Positions 38,801 to 53,600 are shown, numbered from the stretch's first letter. The stretch: DNA of 64,000 nucleotides from Octopus bimaculoides (GCF_001194135.2 NC_068988.1:72941764-73005763); one strand, 5' to 3'. Translations and numbers: made by a program. The notes: generated by a model from the sequence alone, not told the origin.

Positions 38801-41800
38801 CGTAAAAAGCACCCATGCCAGTGCCATGTAAAAAAGCTCCACATAAGAAGAGCACTTGTGCTGGTGCCACATAAAAACACTCAGTACATTCTGTAAAGTG
38901 GTTGGCATTAAGAAAGACATCTAGCCATAAAAACCTTGCCAAAACAGATGACTGGAGTCTGGTGCAGCCCTCCGGCTTGCTAGATCCTGTCAATCTGCCC
39001 AACCCATGCTAGCATGGAAAACAGATGTTTAATGATGATGAGGGGGCACATGAGACTTACTTGTCATCAGGCAGGCTGCACTACTAAAAAAATTCAAGTT
39101 AATTTTCATTTGGCATACCATTCAGAAAGTACCATGGGCCACTGTTTGCCCATAACTGGCATAGACAACTTCAAATGCACTCTATGTACAAGTAGTTAAC
39201 AGTAAGAGCAATAGATAAAAATGAGATCCATGAATTCCTCACATGACTTACTAGATATAATTGATTGTTTCTAATCTAGAATAGCTGAATCGAAAGCATA
39301 ATTGCTCAAGTAAGCAAGGAATGAAAGGAATTCACAGAAAAGTTACTACTGCTGGCAACAGATCTCTTCCAGAGAAAATTAATTGGGATGAATTGTAAGA
39401 AGTTTAATGCTATAGGGTATTAAGTGGGTCATTACTCTGAGTATGTCTGTAGAGGCTGGAGAGAAAGTTTTTAAGTATAGTGGAAGTACAATGTTAATCT
39501 GCATATAAAATTTAAAAGTGAGTGAAATGAGTGATTGGATATTAGAAATTAATGTACACAAGAGAAAAAAAACTCGGTTGGTATAGACATGTAATGTCAT
39601 TTGAAGACGAATGCAGATGACAAAAGATTGAACCAGGTGACAATGAACAGTAAAGCAGACTTGTTCAAGCTATGCAAGTATAAGTGAGACAAAAAAATGA
39701 TCATAATAACAATGACTGTTACTTGTTAAAATCAGTATTTTATAAACTTCCACAGCTTTGGTCAGTTAGATCATATCTCTTACCACAGAATGTGAAACAA
39801 AAAGCATAGTATATAAGAGATATGTCAAAGACTATACTATATTGTTGAGGTTGTAGTGGTACCATGTCATATTTTGCTCATGTCTTAAAGAAGAAAGAAC
39901 AATACTAATGATTCTATGATTAGTGGCAGGGAGTTATCCTCATATCCACAAACTAACCTAACTTCTTGCAACAGAGTCTACTAAAGGTACCCATAAACCA
40001 AGTAATGGTGTTAAACTGGGCAGTGGATTAAATCTATGTTTTATGCTGCTTTTGACTTTTTTTTTACTTAAAATTTCTTACAGTATCAAAATATATATAT
40101 ATTACATTGTCTAGTAAATAAAATTAATATTATAGCACCATAATCAGCATTTATTCTGTGTTTATAAATCTCAATAAAATTGAAGCATTGAGAAATGGTT
40201 ATCCATTTTGAGCGTGGCCGTTGCCAGTACCGCCTGACTGGCTCCTGTAGGATTTTCGAGCGAGATCGTTGCCAGTGCCCCTGGACTGGCTTGTGCGGGT
40301 GGCACATAAGAGACACCATTTCGAGCGTGGCCGTTTTCGTGCGGGTGACACGTAAAAGCACCCACTACACTCTCTGAGTGGTTGGCGTTAGGAAGGGCAT
40401 CCAGCTGTAGAAACTCTGCCAAATCGGACTGGAGCCTGGTGTTGCCATCCGGTTTCACCAGTCCTCAGTCAAATCGTCCAACCCATGCTAGCATGGAAAG
40501 CGGACGTTAAACGATGATGATGATGATGATGATGGGAGTTGTTTATTAGCAAATTGTCTTAAGAACCTTTGTGGCACAGGGTCTGGGCAGCTTTATTATA
40601 CATTGTAATTTGGGTTTAGATGGTTACCAGTGGAAATAAGTCAAAAGACTGAGAAAGTCAAAGCACTCTAATAGAGTAAATACATATATATAAATGTATG
40701 TGTGTATTGAATACATGAATTAAAATAGTCAAAAATCAAAGCTCATTTCAATCAAAAACAAAAAGATATACAAACTTATATGTGAAAATTTAATATATAT
40801 CAGTGGCTTAGCCAGTGTGTGTGCTGCCCTAAAAATGCCAACCCCATAAAAACATTGCTTTAGACAGACTACTTCCCTCCCCCCTCCCCCAGCAACACTA
40901 ACCTGATATATACAATTCAATTTACTTTAAAAGAAAAGGAAAAAGAAAAGAAAGAAATTCACATTTAAACATTTTACAATCTGTGGAACAAAATACTTTT
41001 CATAATAAAGATGTTGGTGATAGTAATATCACAAATGATAATTTCATATGAACTTTTAATTTCAAGAATGTTTAAGCTGAGAAGAAATTGGAGATAAGCA
41101 AGAATTTCAAATAATGTACAAAAATAATTAACCCTAACTATAGTGATCTATATGAGTTAGATTGCATATCTTTTTTTTTTTTGCATAATATTTTTGTTTG
41201 AGTCCAAAGAAATAACATTTTCACATTTTATATATTTTAGTTTTATTAATAAAAAAATAAAATGCATTAATTTTTCTTTGATTTTCCAATCAACATTTTT
41301 GTTATTACATGGCTTACATTATTAAAATTATATATCAAACTAATGTTTTACAAACTATTTGACCGAAATCCTTTTTTTTTAAATTTGATCTTCATAACTT
41401 AACCCAAACCATTCTGTCCATCTCAAATAAAACGTTTCTATTAACAATCCTTGCAGAACTATTGGTCAACCCACATGAAAACAAGACCAAAATAGTAGTT
41501 TGTCATAAAGCAGCAAGGTTAATTAACTTGCTGTCATTAACAAAATGAAATACAGCACATTCACTAAGTCATTCCTGACTTTCTGCTTTCTCTGAGAAAC
41601 AAAATCTGAATTGCATTCAAGTTTTTTAAAAGTGATTATTGTAATTTATGAAAGTGCTACAAAGGAAAAACAAGTTGGCAAATATAAACAATGATCTGAG
41701 AAGGTAACTTCTTAAAAACAAGGAGAAATTGAATTAATAACAGGGAATAATTTATATGACTATATGGATCAGATACTTCACATGTAAGAATATTCTTACT

Positions 41801-44800
41801 ACATTCTTACTATGTCATAAGTCAATATTTCAGATACCATAACAGTCTGTTACATCTGTATGGTGATGGAAGCAACTTATATGGGGTAACTTTACATTAA
41901 GTTGTGGAACATACAATTTCCTGGAATTCAGACCACTGATGGACCCAGCAAACAAAATGGAAAAGGCGTTGCCTGGGATGATGGCAAGGGAGATGCACTG
42001 GAACAGCGACTGACTCACAGGGTTTGCACTTGTAGATAGCCATCTCCACCCGAATAGCGGTGAGCAGGGATATGGTCTGGGGAGGGGACACAAGAATATC
42101 TCCACTGCCACAAGCTTGACCATAAACCTCTCTATTCTATTTGTACTACACATCTCATATCTGATTTCTTAAGTATTTATCTATGTTGATAATAGTCCCA
42201 TTTACTGACTTTAACGACACCTGTCACCTCATAACTATAAGACATACTGTAGAATACTATAATTTTGACTAATATTTGTTAAGTTTGTTTTAAATAAACA
42301 GTAAAGCAGCCATTTGATGCATTAGAAATATGCAGAACATTAAATTAGTACCAAAGTGAAAACAATAATAATGGACACCTAAAATAATATTATATTTTTT
42401 TTTTTGTGCATTCATTATAAGCAAGAATTTCAAATAATGTACAAAAATAATTAACCCTAACTATAGTGATCTATATGAGTTAGATTGCATATCTTTAATA
42501 TTTTTGTTTGTGTCCAAAGAAATGATAATTAACATTTTCACATTTTATATATTTTAGTTTTATTAATAAAAAAATAAAATGCATTAATTTTTCTTTGATT
42601 TTTCAATCAACATTTTTGTTATTACATGGTTTACATTATTAAAAGTTTATATCAAACTAATGTTTTACAAACTATTTGACAGAAATCTTTTTCTTTTTTA
42701 ATTTGATCTTCATAACTTAACTCAAACCATTCTGTCCGACTCAAATAAAACATTAATACAAATACAACAAACCTGCTGCAAAAACCACCACATTTTTTTG
42801 TCTATTATACAGAAAAATTCAGGTTATTTTTATCTCACTAAGGCAATAACTAAAAATTTGTACTCTAAAAATTACTTTGCCCTCAACAAATTCTTCAGCC
42901 TTTTTCTCTGAGCACTTATCCAAAGTTATAGAAAGAACTTGCAAATGAACTTTATATTACCCAGATAAATAACTTTTCTAAACTAGTGAATCACTGAATT
43001 TTCACTCCAAAATTTTCAATGTTTCCCAGGCAAGGCACAATATAATAGAGAGTTTATCTACACTTTAAAAACGTTGCATTCAGCAAAGTTATTTCCCTTG
43101 ACATGTGCAATGCGTTATGAATGTTTTAGATCTTCTGGAAAAAAAATTCATCGGTGAGCTCTATATCTTATGTAAGGTGTATCCCTTGAGCATCTCAGTG
43201 TATGCTGTCAATCCACCCCCACTCCTCCAATCATTATTGTTCCCAAATATTAACAGCATTGTTCTTTAAATAACACACATACACAGCTCTTCACTTTTAC
43301 ACCATTTCAAAGTGAATCTAATTTAGCAACAATAAAACACTACAAAAAGTAATGAACTACAACTGCCACAAAGATTGCACATTTTAGAAGTAGATGACCT
43401 TTCAATTCCTGATTTCATAGAAACTTTAAATTTTTCATATCATTTAAATTGTCCCATAAAACCTCAGTTTATTTCATGTAACCAAGAAAGACTTCAGTCT
43501 GCTACAAATTTAATATGACCTACACTACTCATAGGACAAGAATTCATTCTTTCAATTTAATACAATTAGTATTTGCACATGTAAAGTACCATACCCAGAT
43601 TTATACCTATATAACACAGAATTTATATGTAGTTATTTATATTATTTATATGATGAGACATTTTGTTCCAGCTATACTGATGATCATGATTCCCATAAGT
43701 TTTGAACTTATTATCATTATCAATCAACTTTCCTCATTGAACTCTCATAATACAAATATGTTTTATGCCCAAAATATAGTCACTAATTTGAGTAAGATCT
43801 CAATCATTAGTTTTTAATAACCATATCTGTGTGACACTAAAATGATAACAGTGTTGCTATCTACTTTCTTTTCAAATTAGAAATAATGCAATTTTATATA
43901 CACCCTTCAAATTCCTAGTCTCTGAAAAAGACAAAAAATCCAGGATATTGACAGAGATAGCAGAACATTTTAGTATTTAGTTTTATATTTCTATAGTCTA
44001 AATTTGAATCCAATCAGAGCAGTTTTCTCCCTTTTTCTCTCAAAAGTTGATAAATATGCATTAAAAATGACTGAACCAATGAAACTCTTCCACAACAAAA
44101 TTGTTTACAAGTAATCAATAATATGAATAGCTTAATTCGTTCCTAGTTTTTATGTTGTTATTACTTAATATAAATACATTAATCTTAATTCTGTCTTCAG
44201 TAGATGTTGGCCATTTTTCTATGTATGTGTATATGTTGTGTGTATTTATATACACAATATAACAATATGCAAGGTAACCAAGCAACATTTAACCAGCACT
44301 ATTGAGTTGTGTACATGTGTTTACATAACTTGGTTACAGCTAAAGGAGACATTATCAACATATGCAAATATGTAAAGCAATAAATTAACAATATCTTAAT
44401 AACAAATGGGGCCATAAGTAGGATTGTTATCAATCAATTACTGCACATGTATCTGTAAAATTACCAAATTTGAAGTTTAATTCTCTATGCCAGCACAGTG
44501 ACAAGTGATAAGAAAGCATTTTACTTTCAACAAACACAGATGTGATAAAGACATGTAATTTTTTACCTTGATCGCTGTCTTTTCCCCTGAGTCTGCTCAA
44601 GGCTGCTATTTACAACTGTTGTTACACCATTAAGTCCGGTTGTTGAAGCACTTACATGGTTACCACTAAGATAACTGTCATAGTTACTGGAGAATGTCGT
44701 TTGAGGTTGAGAAGAAACCATACTATTTTGAACAGTTGTAACAGTAGTTGTAAAGGATCCATTTGATGGTGAAGTAAGTAAACGACTGGCTTCAGGTAAT

Positions 44801-47600
44801 ACTGTGAATCTAGCATCCATAATAAGTTTATTTTCTGATGCAGTCAAAGTAGATCCAGGTCCTTTGGAAGCTAGATCAGAACTGTGTTGCGATGTTACTG
44901 AAGAATCACTTCTACAGCTGTCATACGATGTGGTAGTAGGTGGAACAGAATGATTCTTACTTTCAGCTTCATTAAATCCATCAAATTCTCCAGGTGTTGT
45001 GAGAGAGGATTCAGACTGTGTCTGATTTGGCCCTTGAGGAGGAGTAGACAATAATTTAGGAGGTCTGCTTCTATCATGAGCAATATTAGGAAGAAGACGT
45101 TCCCGATCAGAACTTGTTAATGAGCTGGGATGATTAGACAAATTACTTGGGTGGAAATAACTACTATCAGCTTTCATATCACGGAGCTGAAAACAGAAAG
45201 AAAAGCTAATTAGCATTGCTTATTTATCTAGAAAAAGCATTATTTTTGAAGCAGATGCAACAGAAATTAAGATATTGAATTTTCACTTCTTATATCATAA
45301 TACATCCATTTAACATCATTGCCCCATGCAAGAATGAATTCAAACAATATAAGGTCAAATGCTCATAAAAGCCCTCACTTATATGAGGCCAAACTTTATG
45401 GCAGAATGTTTTTGTTTTTTGTCAGTGAGGGATTTATTTTTATTCCATTAGTCTTCAAAAATGCACAATGAGTTATATCAATGTTCACACATACATACAT
45501 ACATGCATGTATGTAAACAAAAACACACACACACATATTTATATACAGCAGGGGTGCAAAAGTAAGTATCACATCAATGTTATAATACATAATTCATTAA
45601 AATTATTGGCACATTAAATTAGTTAGCCTCATTTTAAATTTTTTCAGTGTCATTAATCATAATAATACATTCATCACAACTATCTTTTATCTTTTACCAG
45701 TTGCAGTCAGAGGCTGAGGCTTGCTGATGTACCGCCTTTACTGCATCTGGGGATTTTTCTAATATTGCTTCTGGTGAAGTAGCGAGCTGGACATTGCCGC
45801 TCTTCTTTGTATCTCCTGCCGTGATGTGGGTTCATCCTGCATTACAGATAAAAAACTGTCCAGACGTTTTTTGAAGACTTCCATGTTTACACCTCGCAGA
45901 TCCCTGATGTTCTGTGATAAGGCATTAAAAAGTTGTGGTCCCTTGAATCCCAAGCTCTTATAATATTAGGTTTGTATCCTCAGTGGAGAAGACGGGACTT
46001 TGGTACTGTGCAGTACTGTCCAGTTCAGGGATTGTTGTAGATTTCGATTCCGAAATTTGGAGCTAGACCCTCCATTATTTTCCATATGTACAGCACTGCA
46101 CATCTCTCATGTCTCCTGTCCAGGGAGTAGAGTCCCAGTTACTTTAACCTCTCACAGTAGCCCCTGTGTTTTACCGAGTCAATCTTCTTTGTGTAGTGGC
46201 GTTGGATTGCCTCTAGTTCCACAATTAGTTTTACGCTCTGTGGTGACCATAGTTGGGAGCAGTAGTCCAGACAACTGAGGACAAAGGTTCTCCAAAGTAG
46301 AAGCATTGTGTCTCTGTTCCTGGTCCTGAAGGATCTAAAGATCCAACCTGCCACCCATCTGCATAGTGTTGCCATCTGAGCAATGTGCACATGGAAAGTT
46401 GCATCAATGCTCAAGTGGATTCCCAGATTGCGCACCGACTAACTTTGGGATTACATCGCCTGCTGGTCCCATGTACTTCAGTTGTAGTTTGTTTGTGGGC
46501 TGACAGCAGAGTGCTTGAAATTTTGAAGCATTGAACTACATATTATTCTCATCTGCCCATTTATATATTGTGTTCAGGTCAATCTGCAGTCTTAGGATGT
46601 TGGTAGGATCCTTGACTGTCTGTGATACTTTTGTATCGTCAGTGTAGCTGACTCTAAGGCTGAGGACATGTCCAAGACAGCAACCACAAACAGTAGTGGT
46701 CCCAGCACTGTTCCCTGAGGGACTCTGCTGAGGATTGGTGACACTTTAAAGAGAGCACCATTTGCTGTGACTTCTGACTTCTGCCTTACAGGAAATCATG
46801 CAACCACTCTCCCAGTGATACCAAGGTCATGCAATCTGACATATCATCCCATGCTTGACTTTTTCAAAAGCCTTGGCAAATCGAGATATACCACATCCAC
46901 ATTTAAGTGGTTGAGCTGTTATTTTAGTACAGTCGAAGTGCTGTAGTAGCTGTGTTAGGCAGCTCCTTCCAAGATGGAAGCCGTGTTGCATGTCTGTTAG
47001 CAAGTCATTTTCTTCCAGGAACGTAGTCAGTCAAAAACAATGCGTTCCATGATCTTACTAACATGTGAGGTCAGAGAGAGAGGCCTGTAGTTTATAGCAT
47101 CTGCTCTGCTTCCCCCTTTGTGGACAGAGCAGATTATTCCTTCTTTTAATGTTCAAGGAAATGTACTGCATTCAAGGAAACTTTGGAAAAGCATTTGCAA
47201 TTGTTTTGCATATTTTTAACAGAATTGCTGGGAGTCCATATGGGTCTGTTGCAGAGTTTGAGTTTATTTCATCAATGGCTGACAATACATTCTCCTATGC
47301 AATGTCAATAATCTTTTTATCATAACTTTTAATTTTTTTGATAAAAATAAAAAAGTATTGTACGAGTTTTCTTTTTTCATAACTGTATACCTACTTTTGC
47401 ACCACCCTGTATATATATATATATATATATAGCTAACCACCGACACTTTTTTTCTGCAAAATAGTAGTTTATCCTGTTCAGGCTATATTATTAGCATTAT
47501 CCTGCAATTGAGAATTTAAAATCACTTCTTTAACTTTCTAAGACATCTCAACGCTTCTAAAAGCAAACTTCGTTCGTTTGTTTACGTTTATCGTAATTTG

Positions 47601-47645
<45 letters not shown>

Positions 47646-50600
47646 CACACATACATGTACATATATACATACATATACATAAATCTTTTATCATTTACTT
47701 GTTTCAGTCATTAGACTGCGGCCATGCTGAGGCACCACCCTGAGGAATGTTTAGTTGAATGAATCAACCCCAGTACTTATTTTACCACTGTCTTTCACCA
47801 AACAACAATGTGATGGGCTTCTCTCAGTTTCCATCAACCAAATCACTAGGCTTTGGTCAGCCTGAAGCTATTGTTGTAGACACTTGCCCAAGGTGCCACA
47901 CAGTAGGATTGAACCAAGAACCCTATGATTGGGAAGCAAGCTTCTTACCACACAGCCATGCCTGCCCCAGCATGGTCACAGCTCTCAAGCTGAAACTAGT
48001 AGTAAAGAAAATATATATCATCAACATCATCATCATTTAACGTCCGCCTTCCAAGCTAGCATGGGTTGGACGATTTGACTGAGGACTGGCGAACCAGATG
48101 GTTACACAAGGCTCCAATCTGATTTGGCAGAGTAACTACAGCTGGATGCCCTTCCTAACACCAACCACTCCGAGAGTGTATTGGGTGCTTTTACGTGCCA
48201 CCGGCACGAAGGCCAGTCAGGCAGTACTGGCAACGACCACGCTCAAAATGATGTATTTTACATGCCACCTGCACAGGAGCCAGTCCAGCGGCACTGGCAA
48301 CGATCTCACTCGAATGTTTTTTCCCGTGCCAGTAAGGCAACACTGGTAGCGATATCGCTCAAATGGTGCTATTTACGTACACACACACCCATGCTAGCAT
48401 GGAAGGCGGGCGTTAAATGATGACATATACACCCAAAAATGGTTTCAATGGATATTTAATCCTGGCAGTTACCATGTTAACTCTTAGATCGGTTGTCAAT
48501 GCTAGCTAACCACAGCAAATGTTGGTGATACTTGAGTTAGTGATAATTTACTAGACTCAGTTATTATCCTCACTTGATAAATCCAAATGTCCTTTAAGGG
48601 ACTGCATAGTTTCCATAGAGAAAATAATGAAATTAATAAAGATCAGGAGAACGTAGATTAACACATCCATATTTTATTATACAGTTATTTGTAGTATTCT
48701 TCCCTTGGACCGACACATTTTGGCTGCATTTGCTGCACACTTATGTGTGCATCTTAGTGTTAATTGTTGGTGCAGCTTCTTCAGGGTCGTTGTTTGCTGT
48801 TGTTCGAAGATCATTTGAAGAAAACTACGAGACTGACTGAATAGGAATCTTTCAGGAGGTATAAATGGTTATATTTCCTCATGACCTGAAGATTACCTCA
48901 GTCAGTTAGGTATTTATTGCTGGGTTTGGTCTTTAAAATATGTCAAATTTAAGGGTTCCGGTGAACTCCTTAGTATTATAGTTCAGCTTACTATTCTGCC
49001 AATTTAGAAGAGTATTCTTTTTTTTTTTGAGGTTTTCAATTGCATTTCTGGTTTATTACTTATTTTTATAATTATTAATCTATATGTTTATAATTTTCTT
49101 GTTGTATATGAAATTAAATATCCTACCTATAGTTAATTTTATTAAATGCAATCTTACAAAGGAAGAACACTGCAAATAGCTGTATAATAAAATATGAATG
49201 TGCAAATCTGTTCTCCTGATCTTTATTAATACATATTTACATACACACACACAAACAACAGCCTTCTGTTCAGTATCCATCCAACAATATCACTCAGTTT
49301 GGGGTTAGGGTTAGGGTTAGGGTTATGCTTGAGTTACTGTGCAGCAGGCAAGTGGGAGCATGTAGTTCATTTGCTTAGTTTCATCTTTATGTCTGTTTTC
49401 ATATGCTAAAAGGGTAGACAAATATATTTTTGAGCTACAATTTTACAGCAAGATGCCTTTCCTGTCACCAACTCTCAACTGTTTCCAAGCACGGTAATAT
49501 TTCCCAATGCTTTTCAGAGAAGATTAGAAATGAGCAACATCACTTGCATGATCATGAGACTTGTTTACTGCCATCACTTAAAGTCAAGACAAGGATACAT
49601 ACACACACAACAGGCTGCTTTCAGTTTCCATTTACCAAATCTAGTTTGAAGGCTTTGGCTATCTCTCTGATATATATATATATATATATATATAGTCTTT
49701 CTAAAAATAGCATGTCCATAAGAGATTTTTTTCTCAAATGAAAACCACTATAAATTGTCTGCCAATGGTGTATATGTATGATACTTGGATGGATACACAC
49801 ACACACACACATAAATGCTCTTTTCTTTTACCCTTGTAAATAAACAAACTTAACATAAAATTAAAGGCATAATAAATTTGATCTACTTTATGCTATTTCC
49901 GAAAAAGTTGGTGTATAGAATATAAAATGAAGAACAAAACACAGACCTAATTTCATATATTACAGTGATGTTATTCTAGAAGATAGTATAATATTAAAAT
50001 AAGGCACAATAATAATAATAATAATAATTTTCAATAGTAACAATGGCAAGTTATATACCTTAGCCTTTTCTCGTTCCAACCGAGAAGGAAAATTCTTTTC
50101 TGGTGTAGTTTCTGGTGTGCTAGTCTCACAAGAAATTGGTTTAAATGCTGGAATGGTTTTGATGTTGGCATCTTTCTTCTGAAAATATGATAAAGTAGTC
50201 TAAAAAAATATAGCATCAATCTATAGTTACAAATATATCATGCTAAAAAACGCATAACCAAAGACAATAGCTGTAAATTAATCAAATATGATGATGATGT
50301 ATGCAGAAAGAGGATAACGGACACATAATGCAGATGGATGATGTATGTTAGTTAAAAATTGCTTCAATTTGCAAGAAATTGGTTGTCAGTCATTGATTCC
50401 CTATTTATTTTAATTTTACATTCAAGTAACTGCTTCAACTTGTTTGCTACTTCATTTCTGTTAATTCTAAATCTAATTATTAAAAAAAAAAAAAACGTAA
50501 TCTTGTACAATTAGAGATTAACTTGAGATCCTCAGAGATAGTGACAAAGATGATGGGTAATTTCTTCTACCAAAACTAAAAAACAGAGCATTGCATATAG

Positions 50601-53600
50601 CAAAAATACTGAATAAACTTTTTCTTTCATCATATTTCTGACATATTCTCCATTATTAGTTTCATAAATTTATGAAACATTAAATTTACCTAACAAACTG
50701 TTAATATCCTATCTATGGCAGTAGTGGTATAAATATAAAAATTAAAAACTTCAAATATTATAGAAAAAGATAATTCAATATTCAGAGTTTGTTGGGATTT
50801 CATGTAGAATCTCTTAATCCCCTAAATGTTTATATCTGAAATCCACTTAAAGCATGCCTTGCCAACTTCATAGATCGCCTGATATCTAACCACTATAGAG
50901 TGAAGTGTTAGACAATACAATATGAATTAGTCTGGCACTAGAGCACAGAGCAGTCCTCCGGCTCATAGAATCCTGTTGATTCATCTAACTTATGCCAGCA
51001 CAGAAAATAAATATTAAATGATGATTTTATTTTTTATGTGTGTACGCACACATGATGATGATGACAGACACTAATTAATGATACTTTCTTTCTCTAGCTG
51101 CAAATAAACAAATATAGCATTAAATACATCAAAGGATAATTTGAGGGAAAACTGACACATTGGGCATATAGAGTTTCCCATCATTGTGGATTAGCCACTT
51201 TTCTGCTATTGTCTGACTTCAGCTTTGTTTGCATATGGAGAGCTAAAAATGTATAACATGTATTTTCTACTACAAAATCAGATTCATTTCATAAATTCTT
51301 TATAATAACAATGTAGGCCATGTCAGAAATGTGGTTGAAATTAAAGTCTATTCTATACTTTTCCATCATCAAATGCACTTTCCTCATAACTAATATAGGA
51401 AATAAAATCAGAACTTGGCTTGAAATTATTTAACTCTGCCATGTTTGTACAAAATATGTGCATTATATTAGCTGGTTTCTATTCACTGAAAAAGAAAGAG
51501 AACTATAGGCATATTAAAGACCTCAATACTAATTATGAAGAAAGCATAACATTTTTGTTCAATATCAAAGAAAGATGTACACAGGAAATCAAAACTGTGT
51601 AACAGTCAAAAACTAAGCACACAAAAATGTAGTTACATTTTTGGCACACACAGGTAACCAAAACTTTTTCTTTCATCATATTTCTGACATATTCTCCATT
51701 ATTAGTTTCATAAATTTATGAAACTGATTTGACTGAAACATTAAATTTACCTAACAAACTGTTAATATCCTATCTATGGCAGTAGTGGTATAAAGATAAA
51801 AATTAAAAACTAAATGCACGAGATATAAAAAGAAGTTAGCAGTTGCAGCATTCATGAAATGAAATCTACAAACTGGACAGCTCACTAGATGTAGTAGTTT
51901 CTGTTACCTAGATGACTTATAAATACCAAAAGAGTAGTGAAAACATAGTAACTGGAATAAGAAAAAGGTAGAAGAAATTGAGAGAGTTATCAATTCTTTT
52001 GACAACAAAGAGTTTCTCTGTACATACAACTGACAGTCTGTACAAAGCACATGTAAGAAGCATAATGCTGCAAAATTGTGAGACAAGAGTACTGAATACA
52101 GAAGATGTACAAAGACAGAAGAGAAATTTGATTTTTGAACATACAATAAAAAATTTGCAAGAAAAGCAAGTGACCTACATATGCAAGTAAGAACTAAAGG
52201 CACTAGTCAATGTATGCAAAATGAGTGGCTGCACTGGTATGGATGTGAATGAATGAGGAGTGCCGAGTGAAAAAATACTATACAGTCATCATCATCATCG
52301 TTTAACGTCCGCTTTCCAGGCTAGCATGGATTGGACGATTTGACTGAGGACTAGCAAGCCAGAAGGCTGCACCAGGCTCCAATCTGATCTGGCAGAGTTT
52401 CTACAGCTGGATGCCCTTCCTAATGCCAACCACTCCGAGAGTGTAGTGGGTGCTTTTACATGCCACCGGCACGAGGGCCAGTCACATGGTACTGGCAACG
52501 GCCTCACTCAAGAAGGTGTTTTTTACGTGCCACCTGCATGGGAGCCAGTCCAGCAGCACTGGCAACGACCTCGCTTGAATGATTTGCTAACATGCCACCA
52601 GCACAAGTGCTAGAAGGTGACGCTGGTAATGATTATGCTCAAATGATGCTATTTACGGACCACTAGCACGGGAGCCAGACAGTTGCTCTGGCAATGAACA
52701 CGCTCGGACAGTGCTGTTAGTGCTCCACTGGCGCAGGTGCCAGTCATCGAATATGGTCCAATTTCGATTTCGATTTAACTTGCCCCAACAGGTTTTCACA
52801 GGCAGAGTTTAGTGTCCAATGAAGGATAGGTTGGCATGGGTGCTAGTCGTCGGATTCAGTTCGATTTCGATTTCAGATGACAGCGGAAAATAACTATAAC
52901 AAAGGAACACCAAGGAAATAATGAAGTTTGTTCTCAGAATGTAGAACCTCACATAAGGCAATATGCAGACCTGTCCAATATGATGCCAATATGAAAAAAC
53001 AGGAATTAAACTTCTTATGACAATGAAACCAATTTTGTAGTAGTACTAAGCATAGGGTAATACAAGATTTTGGAAGAAGTAATATTAATGCCAAAAACTA
53101 ACAAAAGATCTTTATAATTTTTTAAGATAAATTATAAAAGAATTTTTACAAAAATACACTAATTTCAAAGATAATTGTATATAATATTTCAAACCAAATA
53201 TGTACATATACACGCATGGAACCTAATACAGCCTGTCACATGGTTGGGTTGTTGACTAAACTGGCAACCTCACCAAGCAAACTTGCTAAAGAGGATAGTT
53301 ACTGGACACCCTGTGGGGTAAAAAACAAGACCCATCAAAGGGCAGAGGAACTCACAAGAGTCAACAACCATCCAAGTGAGGTCTGCTGCTCATCAGTCTC
53401 ATGGCATACTTGCACCAACTGTTGGTATCAGCAGTACCAAAGTGTGAATGGTCCCATACAAGCTATTACCACTTTAAACAAGTAACTCAGTGGGCTGCTC
53501 AAGAGATTTGATTACTCCACATTTTACAAGATCATTCTGAGAAGGAAAATTCTTTGGTCCCTATGCATTGAATACAACAAAAGAGTCCATCACATGCATA

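Noticed and set aside
41830-42153. GC-richer segment with short ORFs on both strands
   Set aside because: No convincing motif in any frame. It is probably a retroelement fragment but cannot be assigned without a search.
52480-52745. Repeat-spacer-like array (ctggcaacga...cgctc about every 65 bp), superficially CRISPR-like
   Set aside because: The repeats are degenerate, and the same spacers recur in other copies of the retroposon (2400-2520, 48220-48370). The context is eukaryotic with no cas genes. It is an internal minisatellite.
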